Assembly (NCBI GenBank): GCA_965219535.1
Contig: CBDCNV010000001.1
Coordinates: 210,001-242,000 of the forward strand
Length of the DNA: 32,000 bases
Direction: 5' to 3'
Source of the DNA: Opitutales bacterium
GTDB taxonomy: Bacteria > Verrucomicrobiota > Verrucomicrobiia > Opitutales > PNEW01
Of the stretch, positions 8,299-16,268 are shown piece by piece. The position numbers were made by a program, and so were the translations under genes. The notes beneath the pieces were generated by a model. It made no database searches, had not been told where the DNA came from, and saw only the letters and a list, made by a program, of their open reading frames with translations. Positions within the stretch are counted from its first letter, which is position 1. Every line of letters begins with the position of its first letter.

Positions 8299-8486
8299 TG
8301 GCGAGAGTGTTACTGGAACTGAACCGCACAAGGTTTATTATGTCTAGTAGTTTTGTAAGTACATGATTATCAACATATCAATTTTAACAACTAAATCCCT
8401 AACGGTCTTAAAACAACATGAACTAAGGAGTAACCCTTAATTTTATCCCTTAGTTTCAGTCGAGATCATACCCTCATTGTGAGAAT

Positions 8487-8846
8487 AAAAAGCTGTCCCG
8501 ATAGAGGGTGTTGTGCAAGTTCACTCCTGCACGATATCCGGGTCTACATCATATCGATTCATCCGATCAAGATTCGTTCCGCATTGCCCGTCCATCTTTG
8601 AAGGTCGCCGAGTCAACCAGTCAAACGAGTCCACCGAGTCAACCGAGTCAACCGAGCCGGAGCGGTTTACAGCATAAGCATAATCCCGAAACGTAAGTAA
8701 GGCAATGGGGGGGGTCGCCGCCGAAGGCCGCCAACCCCTATCTATCGGTCTGCGACGCGAAAAATATTTTTACAAAAGGACACGTTTAGCAGCAAAATAA
8801 TAAACCGAAAACCTCTTAATTTACCCTAGAACGCTAATCACCTAAA
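8487..8846 (+). repeat. copy 1 of a 326-360 bp direct repeat (contains array 3 at 8608-8658)
   Basis: Aligns with 10086-10411 along its full length (aaaa.ctgtccc ... gtgcaagttca.tcc.gcacga ... gttcgttcc.cattgcccgt.c.tctttgaaggtcgccgagtcaacc ... cctagaacgct.atcacctaaa). It is about 34 bp longer because the inverted 9-mer unit CCGAGTCAA is present about 5 times rather than once. Confidence 0.85.
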
Positions 8847-9043
8847 AAAACCTACCCTGGACATGCAACGACCTTTCTCGAGGCGCTCAGGCACCTTCAA
8901 GAGCTTGAATGTCAAAACAACAACCGCGACAATCCCCACATCTTCCCCGAGACGTTGTGTCGGATCATGAATACGGGCAAGCTCACATTATCAGTGACTG
9001 GCAAAGTCGCGTGATATTCTGTAAGAAAATTGGAGCAGTAGCA

Positions 9044-9670
9044 TTACTCGGAACTTCCTCCATCATCAATTGACTGCATAATATTCCTTGCAGTTTTCAG
9101 GTCACCTATTTGAGAGTATGTGGACAATTTTTTAAAATATCGGAGCCAGATTTTTCGCATATCGGGGTGATCAGGGTCGAATTGTTCCAAACTGGGAAAA
9201 TCGATACCGAACTTTCTAAGTGTGGCCCGGAGAGCAGTGATCTTAAAGTAATCGTCGGGCCTGAGGTGCATATCTCGATTAAGTGCTTCATCTACTGCTT
9301 CATTTCTTTTACCATAGATTGAAGCGTCATTTGTGCATTGCATATCTACGTTAACTGCTTCTTCTATTACTTTAAAGCAATCGGAGATTTCAGGGTAACA
9401 TGCTTTGAATTTTTCGCTGGGCAACATTCTTTTTACCTTTGGAGCTAATTGTATAAGCCCCCATATGATAAATAAGATGAGCAATATGGCGAAGAATGTA
9501 GTGCCAGCTAAGGCTATAATGGGCAGGAAACCCACAAGGATAGGTAGAGCTTTACTCATTTGGGTTGTAGCCTCCTGAAAATTCACTAACAGCCCAACAA
9601 ATGCGCTTAAACCGGTCAGTATACTAGACAGCACAATAAATGGCTTTAGCCACAGCGATTTCGAATTCAT
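9044..9670 (-). CDS. hypothetical membrane-anchored protein
   Basis: 208-aa ORF with ATG start. There are two or three N-terminal TM helices (FIVLSSILTGLSAFVGLLV, LPILVGFLPIIALAGTTFFAILLILFIIWGLI) and a ~130-aa soluble C-terminal domain. No family recognised. Confidence 0.6.
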   Translation of the reverse strand: MNSKSLWLKPFIVLSSILTGLSAFVGLLVNFQEATTQMSKALPILVGFLPIIALAGTTFFAILLILFIIWGLIQLAPKVKRMLPSEKFKACYPEISDCFKVIEEAVNVDMQCTNDASIYGKRNEAVDEALNRDMHLRPDDYFKITALRATLRKFGIDFPSLEQFDPDHPDMRKIWLRYFKKLSTYSQIGDLKTARNIMQSIDDGGSSE

Positions 9671-10085
9671 TCCCTATTGCAGGATGTATAGTTAAATTTG
9701 TAAACTGCATAAAAGCTGAATTAGAAGTTGATATGAACATTCCTACAACGCCAACGGAACTTGCATGGATCGTCTTACTTAAGGTTACAGTGGAAGAAAT
9801 TAAGGATAGTAAATAATAAGAAAATTGTGACTTTGTATATAAATCCCCTCCCCCAAATAAAAGGTCTTCTTTCTTCCCTTTCATCCCTATCATCCCCCTA
9901 TGGGACCACCCACTTTCTCCTCAATAGACGCTCCTGTACTATCAATTGACAAGTGATTCCATGAATAATCTTTATCCAATCTGTTTGTGAAAATCGGAGG
10001 GAGAAAATGGCAAACACAACGCAAATACTCGAGGTAGCCCCTAATCTTTTTCAATTATATTGTATTCAGGTAATCAGGAATCAAG

Positions 10086-10411
10086 AAAACTGTCCCATGC
10101 TTACGTGCAAGTTCAGTCCAGCACGACGTCCGGGGCCGAGCATCATAACGACCCATCCACCTGGGGTTCGTTCCACATTGCCCGTTCGTCTTTGAAGGTC
10201 GCCGAGTCAACCGAGCCGGAGCCGATTAAAGCACAAGCACAACCCCGTAACGTAAAGCAAAGGGGGCGGGGGGAGTGCCGCCGCAGAAGGCTGTCGACCC
10301 TGATCTATCGGTCTTCGACACGAAAAATATTATTACAAAAGGGAACGTTTAGCAGCAAAATAATTAAAAACGAAGACCTCTTAATTTGCCCTAGAACGCT
10401 TATCACCTAAA
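10086..10411 (+). repeat. copy 2 of the 326-360 bp direct repeat (contains array 4 at 10202-10217)
   Basis: See copy 1. Same orientation, start-to-start spacing 1599 bp, with a single CCGAGTCAA unit followed by CCGAGCC. Confidence 0.85.
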
Positions 10412-10577
10412 TTCCCCTACCTGAAGGCACTGAGATGCCTCTATCCACTTCCCAAAATTTTAATATTATTTTCTTAAAAGTGACATCACCTCGAATAGTG
10501 CCCCTATTAAATCAAGTAACTCAGTAGAATCATCATAACCATCACACATCTGAATCAGTCAACTACGTCCAATCAAC

Positions 10578-11094
10578 TTATTCTTGCAACGTCTGATCGT
10601 ACCGTCGTAACAATAATGCTGCCGTTAGCAAAACGACGTGCAATCGAAAATTATAGTCATCTGCATCCGAAAGCCCTGGATGCGGCCCATGTGGATGCAA
10701 TCGCTTAACCAGACCGTTGATGAAACCCGTTCCGTCATCATCCCATTCGTGCAGCTCGGAGCGGAGAATATCATGCTTCACCAGCTTTGCTAGTAGGGCT
10801 TGCCTGTTATTTAAGGAGTCGTTACTCGGATAGAGCTTCTCAGCTGTCCCATTAAGAAGTGCCTCGAAGAAGGCACGTAACTGTCCATTGGCCGCAGAGC
10901 ATATGCCTTGTACATAGGTAATCTAAAGCTTGCTCAAGATGGCCCTTGACTGTTGCAAATTCATGCTTTTGCAATAGCCTCTCCAGTTCCGTCTTAATGC
11001 TTGGCAGTCTGATATCAGCAGGGAGCCCCGGCCTCAGATCACCGTCTGTGACGACGAATCCATCTTGCTGAAGAGCAAGCTTGAAATTGTCCAT
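10578..11094 (-). pseudogene. hypothetical protein split by one frameshift (~170 aa if repaired)
   Basis: The ORF at 10852-11094 (MDNFKLALQQDGFVVTDGDL...HLEQALDY) runs into a stop. A second frame is open from about 10924 down to 10578 (ITYVQGICSAANGQLRAFFEALLNGTAEKLYPSN...LVKHDILRSELHEWDDDGTGFINGLVKRLHPHGPHPG...). The frames overlap, so a single indel between 10855 and 10924 would join them. Family not recognised. Confidence 0.5.
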
Positions 11095-11100
11095 AGCTAG

Positions 11101-11250
11101 TTACAGTAACGACGTTTCCATAGACAATTGAGTATCCTGCTGATCCGGTGGTAGTAGAGACACCGAATGCTCGACAATGACCGCTTTTAGCGGCTCGTCA
11201 CCGACGGTATAGTCTAGACGGCAGCCAACGAATTCAATAAGATCGCTCAT
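11101..11250 (-). CDS. small hypothetical protein (49 aa from ATG 11250; ORF opens at TTG 11307)
   Basis: MSDLIEFVGCRLDYTVGDEPLKAVIVEHSVSLLPPDQQDTQLSMETSLL. Its stop lies 6 nt before the ATG of the next gene (11094), which suggests one transcription unit divergent from the AIPR gene. The small size makes this call tentative. Confidence 0.35.
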   Translation of the reverse strand: MSDLIEFVGCRLDYTVGDEPLKAVIVEHSVSLLPPDQQDTQLSMETSLL

Positions 11251-11416
11251 CCGTTTTCGGCGACTGACATTTTCTCCTCTTACGTTATTTTTGGGAATTA
11301 TATACAAAAGTCACAAATTCCTAATTAAAAGCACCCATCGCACTAAAGTGAGAAAGTGAATATCCCTTTGACAATATGAAACCCTTCTATTTTCAATTAG
11401 TATGTAGGATATTTCT

Positions 11417-13096
11417 ATGTCTCTTGACCTCACATATCCAAATATTCTTCAGACAATCGGAGATCACGTCATTATCGAGAGTACTGAATCGCGTGCTTTC
11501 TTGGCATGGTTCCTTCAACACTTTTATCGGCTTGATGAAACCGAGGTCTACGATTGTATATGTGACGGTAAAAACGACCAAGGAGTTGATGGAATTTACG
11601 TCAACGATCAATTGGATCAAGTAGACATTTTCCAAGCGACCATTGCGCAGGGAGAAAAAGATTTAGGGGATGTTAATTTGAAAGAGTTCTCTGGATCACT
11701 CTCTCAATTTCAAGATCCTGCCTCAATAAAATATATCCGTGAAAGCAGCCAGAACACTGAGTTAATAGGGATTCTCAAAGACAAGGATATCGAGTCCAAA
11801 ATTGCAAGAGGTTATAAAGTCCGTGGAATATTTCTAACAAATATGAAGAGGGATCACAACGCAGCACGTTTCTTGAAAATATCCCCCCACATTGTTCTAT
11901 ACGATCGGTTTGAGTTGGACCGATCGTATATTCCAATAGAGAAAACAGGTCCAATACAAACAGAAATGTCGTTCAGCATAGCAAGCGTTAATCACCTTGA
12001 GCATGCAATGGGAACCGACTTAAAAATGGTTATCGCACCTATTTCGGCGCAAGAACTGGTCAAAATTGATGGAATTGAAAATGGAGAATTGTTTGCGTGG
12101 AATGTGCGGCAATGGTTGGGAAGAGGAACAGGTGTTAACAAGGACATTGAGAAAAGCGTTAAAGATAAAACAGAGCACGTGTATTTTCCTGCGTTCCACA
12201 ACGGACTGACTGTGTTGTGTGAACGGCTAGATATCGATGAGGCAAGGGTGAAGATTAAGGGATATGCGGTTGTTAATGGCTGCCAGAGCATGACTGGACT
12301 TTATGAAAACCGCAACCATCTAACAGATGATCTGAAAATACTAACCAAATTTATTGAGATTCGTCCAGACAGCGATCTTGCCCTGAAGATTACCGATCAT
12401 ACAAACAACCAAAACGGAACCACTCCCCGAGACCTTCAATCTAATACACTTATCCAGACAAGACTTCAGACGGAAGTGCATGAAAAATATAAGGGAGACC
12501 GTTTCTACAGGATAAAGCGAGGTGAACATCCGGAATGGGCAAGTGATAAAGTCATTGAGAATGAGCTGGCCGGACTTATTTTGTTGGCTTTTGATTTGAA
12601 GAATCCATCAAGTTCACACCAAAAATACAAATTATTCGACGCGTTTCACTCTGATATATTCGGCAGACCAGTAGTGAATGCTGATCGGATTGTGCTTCTC
12701 CACGACTTATACGAGTCCATTGTGAATGGCGTAAAAAAAATGACTAATCAACTCTTTGGGTCGTATAGGATTACAATATTTTTTTTAGTCTACCTTGTTA
12801 GAGAAGCGTTGGAAGGAGACGAAAAAGGTAAACTTTTTTGTCAAAACCCCTCGGAGTTTAATGATATCAGGGAGACTTTGAAGAACGACATTTTCCCCTC
12901 ACTGGTCGAGCCGATCATCGTGCTACTTGACACTGAAGCTACCCGCAGGAAAGAGCCAGAAAATGGAGGTTTTGATTATAAAAGAGAGTTAAAAAGCCCC
13001 AAGGCCATACAAGAGATGAAAGGGAGGATTATCAGCCAATATCAAATAATTCTCATCAATGGCTATACACCTAGCTTTACTAAACTCTTGGAATAG
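11417..13096 (+). CDS. AIPR-family abortive-infection phage-resistance protein
   Basis: 559-aa ORF with ATG start. WNVRQWLGRGTGVNKDIEKSVKDKTEHVYFPAFHNGLTVLCE and YAVVNGCQS match the core blocks of the AIPR family (NVRqyLG..VNk.I..T......F...NNGiT; vNG.QT). The N-terminal DGKNDQGVDGIY motif also fits. Confidence 0.85.
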   Translation: MSLDLTYPNILQTIGDHVIIESTESRAFLAWFLQHFYRLDETEVYDCICDGKNDQGVDGIYVNDQLDQVDIFQATIAQGEKDLGDVNLKEFSGSLSQFQDPASIKYIRESSQNTELIGILKDKDIESKIARGYKVRGIFLTNMKRDHNAARFLKISPHIVLYDRFELDRSYIPIEKTGPIQTEMSFSIASVNHLEHAMGTDLKMVIAPISAQELVKIDGIENGELFAWNVRQWLGRGTGVNKDIEKSVKDKTEHVYFPAFHNGLTVLCERLDIDEARVKIKGYAVVNGCQSMTGLYENRNHLTDDLKILTKFIEIRPDSDLALKITDHTNNQNGTTPRDLQSNTLIQTRLQTEVHEKYKGDRFYRIKRGEHPEWASDKVIENELAGLILLAFDLKNPSSSHQKYKLFDAFHSDIFGRPVVNADRIVLLHDLYESIVNGVKKMTNQLFGSYRITIFFLVYLVREALEGDEKGKLFCQNPSEFNDIRETLKNDIFPSLVEPIIVLLDTEATRRKEPENGGFDYKRELKSPKAIQEMKGRIISQYQIILINGYTPSFTKLLE

Positions 13097-13528
13097 GATT
13101 TTTTGATAATCGTATTGTAAAACCAATTCAAAAGATGGGCTATTTCTTATGGATGGCTTATCCCTCAGAGATCGACTTGCATATGTATTGTGTTCGGCGT
13201 TCAGGCCAAAGGCAGTGGTTCAAAAGTTATTATTATGAGAAAAAATGATTCCACGTTATCGGCGTTTCTATTGTAATAATAATTGTAACTTACAGCTTAA
13301 AAAATATGTAACTAATTTATAAACAACATATTTAGTATAATATAATTAGAACAGTTAATAACACATATTGAGATTGAGCGACATCCGCTCCCCTAATGCT
13401 CCCCACTTTTCGCTATTGCACGCTATATACTACTATTTAGTTTCTCTGGACATAAGCGATAAATTGATTCATAAGTGCCTACATATTAGTATATAGCGTT
13501 AATTAATAAGGGATTACAGAAGGGCAGG

Positions 13529-13706
13529 TTCAATTCACTACAAAAGGCTTAACTAAAGATCAGCATAAAAGTATGATTCCTGCCAAACATTTTTAGGAAA
13601 AGTCAGGAAATCAAAGAAAATATAAATTATTATTGAATAGCTATTTAGGTGGATATATTTATTAATGATTAACTTATGATACAGTTCTAAGTCCCGTTCA
13701 TAGTCG
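13529..13706 (+). repeat. copy 3 (shortest, most diverged) of a ~200-bp repeat here called R
   Basis: Shares ttcaattcac...aaaagtatgattcctgccaaacatttt.agg.aa.gtcaggaaat.a.a.gaaaatataaattattattg...agtcccgttcatagtcg with the copies at 15432-15633 and 19229-19428. Confidence 0.75.
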
Positions 13707-13794
13707 AAAGTATAGGTTATGCTGAACTATGAAAGAACAGGGGCATCATCCGAGCACGCAACAACTGACCATCGCTGTCGCCTCGGTAAAACGC

Positions 13795-14397
13795 TCAATG
13801 GTGCCGACTGACCTCAGAACCTGTCATTCCCGTCTGGCCTCCGGTCCGTACATGAGGTGTCGTCACTGAAAACGATCTGAACTCTTTTTTTGCCGTCCTC
13901 CTCTCGTCAATGCATTTTCGGTATTTCCATGCCCTGCCAATTGTTTTGAATACGCCGCCCTCCTGGAATGGATTCAGCGCCTGTGTCAGGTTCAGCACGC
14001 CGTGGGCAGGTGGTTTCATGGACCACACCCGGTCCGGAATTCTCAAGGAAGGCCCCGTCATGCGGATTTCTTCCGAGCCTTCGAGATCCCGTACGATGAC
14101 CGTAAGCAGGATCGCTGCATCGTGATCATCCATATCGAGAGCACTGACCTTTATCTCTAGCGAGGGCGCAAAACGGTAGCCGTGGTCGGTCTCACGCATG
14201 GCTTCGTCGGGCTCCGCGAAGCTGAGCCACCGGGCCTGCCCAGCAGCCGTCGTCTCGAAGGCTTGCCGTATTGGTGGACCGCCCGGTTCGCTGGCGTGAT
14301 AGGTGGTGATCTCTGCCCCGGTGACCTTTTGTCCCTTCTCCACATGGGCCTCGAGCCGTAACGAATACCCCCCCCGCACCCCACTGCGGTCCGGCAT
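13795..14397 (-). CDS. hypothetical protein (downstream gene of a GC-rich pair)
   Basis: ~200-aa ORF. Its ATG (14397-14395) overlaps the upstream TGA (14399-14397) by 1 nt (TGATG), the classic arrangement for translational coupling. Visibly GC-richer than its flanks. No family recognised. Confidence 0.55.
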   Translation of the reverse strand: MPDRSGVRGGYSLRLEAHVEKGQKVTGAEITTYHASEPGGPPIRQAFETTAAGQARWLSFAEPDEAMRETDHGYRFAPSLEIKVSALDMDDHDAAILLTVIVRDLEGSEEIRMTGPSLRIPDRVWSMKPPAHGVLNLTQALNPFQEGGVFKTIGRAWKYRKCIDERRTAKKEFRSFSVTTPHVRTGGQTGMTGSEVSRHH

Positions 14398-14714
14398 CAA
14401 GTGCGAACGATTGGAGACGTACCCCCCATCCAGATTTTGCCATCAATTCCCCTATATCCAGCCCAGGGTGCAACCAGTGCACGCGTGTGTCCATCTGCCG
14501 ATCTAAACAGCGCATATGCTTGGACAGTATAGGGGTTTTCATCTGCGCAATGACGGGAGAATTCGATCACGCTGTCCGGATAATGGACCATCGGCTCACC
14601 CGTATCCACTTTACGAGCATGGCTGACACCGCTGCTAATAACGAGTAGGGCAGCGATGGAGGCAAAGAGGAAACAGCTGCGGCAGCCTATCTTATTTATG
14701 GTTAATACTTGCAT
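14397..14714 (-). CDS. hypothetical secreted protein (signal peptide)
   Basis: 105-aa ORF. The N-terminus MQVLTINKIGCRSCFLFASIAALLVISSGVSHA looks like a Sec signal peptide with an AxA-type cleavage site. Confidence 0.5.
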   Translation of the reverse strand: MQVLTINKIGCRSCFLFASIAALLVISSGVSHARKVDTGEPMVHYPDSVIEFSRHCADENPYTVQAYALFRSADGHTRALVAPWAGYRGIDGKIWMGGTSPIVRT

Positions 14715-14779
14715 AAAGGAACGAGTTCACAATGACCACGTCCGCAAGGGCAATCGGGTTTTCGGTGCCGAGGGGTTAA

Positions 14780-14887
14780 CCTGACCGTGTTGCCAAAATG
14801 ACGCCATTGTTCGATCAGGGTTCTTGCTTTGCGAAGATGATAGAAGATTTCACGATTCAACGGTTCATCCCGTAGCTTGCTTTCCTC
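14780..14887 (-). pseudogene. IS3-family orfB C-terminal fragment
   Basis: The reverse strand reads EESKLRDEPLNREIFYHLRKARTLIEQWRHFGNTVR. This matches the conserved rve C-terminal block (fNgkLRDElLNrEiF.tL.EA...iE.WR..YNt.RPHS). No upstream part of the gene is present. Confidence 0.65.
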
Positions 14888-15431
14888 ATAACCGACCCCC
14901 TAGGCAAGCGATGTAGGAGTTGCCTACGCATTAATTGGCCTCAAAATGATTCGGTCCTACTATCTGACCACAGCACAAAGCTGGCAAAATATTGAAAGGG
15001 TAAGAGAAAGTGGTATGAACAGCAATGTTGGTAAAATCATGGTAATCCTTGAAAAGGGTTTGCGTAATGTATTCCTGGCTTGGCACATGTGATACACAAC
15101 GATAACGTATAGTAAACACGGACAATTGATTGATTTCAATATGACTCTAGACTCTACAACACACTTGCGCAATAAAGGAGCCCATGTCCAGTAGAAAGCT
15201 GAAGGAAACCTCCAAGCGATCCTCTATATGATGGTTCGACGTCGTGATGGGTGTCTGTACAGCAGCTTTATAGCAAGCCCGGCAATACAACCTAAAACAC
15301 CTCGTTATCGCGGACAAAGGCGGGTCAGACAGCATTGTCAGGTGTCACCACAGGTCCAGTTGTGATTAAACTTGCCTCTACTGGGCGCATAAATTCATTG
15401 TTTCCAACACAAGGGTCACTTAATCGATATT

Positions 15432-15633
15432 ATTAAATCCACACTAAAATTCTTGCCCGTTTCCTGGCTGAAGATCACCAAAAAAGTATGATTCCTGCCC
15501 ATTCCTGCCAAACATTTTGAGGCAAGGTCAGGAAATTAGAGGAAAATATAAATTATTATTGTACCGTTATTTAAGTGTAACTAATTGTTAATAAGCAGTT
15601 TATAAGGCATTATTGAGTCCCGTTCATAGTCGG
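15432..15633 (+). repeat. copy 2 of repeat R, fused to 22 bp of IS3 orfB (15634-15655)
   Basis: Near-identical to 19229-19428, including the same junction to the IS3 codons for (L)IESFHN (tttcatcgagtcgtttcacaac). The two loci are therefore duplicates of one composite, not independent insertions. Confidence 0.85.
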
Positions 15634-15674
15634 TTTCATCGAGTCGTTTCACAACTGTTAACATGAGCTAAGAG

Positions 15675-16268
15675 TCACTTAGATATCTCATCTTTGATTT
15701 CTGTCTTATCTTTGTTTACTGATTTTCTTAAGAAATCAATAGATGCTTTGAGTTCCTGTGATGTAAATGTATTTTCTTTATTTGTTCCGTAGTGGGCGAT
15801 GGCATTTCTAATATAAATCGGGAGGGGGTCTTTTCTCATTGTGCTACCTCTTTTGTAAATCTTTAACATACCCTGGTCATCTTCAAGAAGTTCTTCCATC
15901 TTTTTAGCCGTTTGTTTATGTTCTCGGTCGTCTTCTATTTCATATTTCTGCTGGAATTGAGCATACAGCATAAAAAATACGCCATACTGATACTCATAAA
16001 TTTCTTTATCTTCCACAATTGAGCGTAAGATCTCTGAAAAAGTTTCTACAGGCCCTTGCATTTTAGATAATTGCGTGAGAGCCTTCTCCGCTAATTTGAG
16101 AAACTTTATCTTGCTTTTTTGTTGTCCATTTTTGGGGATTTCAGCAAAATAGATATGAAAATTTTTACCTTTCGGTATTAAACTTGGATATATACTGTAA
16201 ACAATAAGATTAAATTTTTCCAAGTTGTCATATTTTGGTTTAGTCTTAATCGGATAATACTCTGCCAT
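15675..16268 (-). CDS. HEPN-motif (Rx4H) protein, candidate RNase toxin or abortive-infection effector
   Basis: 197-aa ORF with ATG start, in very AT-rich sequence. LPIYIRNAIAHYGTN contains RNAIAH, the canonical HEPN R-x4-H signature (RNxxxH as in AbiD/AbiF-type and other HEPN RNases). The N-terminal ~140 aa are not recognised. Confidence 0.6.
   Translation of the reverse strand: MAEYYPIKTKPKYDNLEKFNLIVYSIYPSLIPKGKNFHIYFAEIPKNGQQKSKIKFLKLAEKALTQLSKMQGPVETFSEILRSIVEDKEIYEYQYGVFFMLYAQFQQKYEIEDDREHKQTAKKMEELLEDDQGMLKIYKRGSTMRKDPLPIYIRNAIAHYGTNKENTFTSQELKASIDFLRKSVNKDKTEIKDEISK

Noticed and set aside
6955-8658. Whether the short tandem repeats could be a CRISPR array
   Set aside because: The units are only 8-9 bp and directly abut each other with no spacers. 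No cas genes are present in the window.
8508-8696. ORFs 8508-8696, 10007-10195 and 10060-10410 inside the 326-360 bp repeats
   Set aside because: They run through the 9-mer array (giving PSQPSQPS-type translation). They are not conserved in frame or length between the two repeat copies.
9624-9893. 89-aa minus-strand ORF overlapping the start of the 208-aa membrane protein
   Set aside because: No recognisable features. It overlaps the better ORF and lies in what is more plausibly its promoter/leader region.
13135-13248. 37-aa ORF (MGYFLWMAYPSEIDLHMYCVRRSGQRQWFKSYYYEKK) just downstream of the AIPR gene
   Set aside because: It is below any reasonable evidence threshold, with no ribosome-binding or conservation information available.
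14157-14542. Alternative-frame ORFs 14157-14384(-), 14192-14542(-), 14303-14506(+), 13910-14125(+)
   Set aside because: They are Arg/Pro/Gly-rich products typical of off-frame reading of GC-rich coding DNA, nested within the two longer ORFs.
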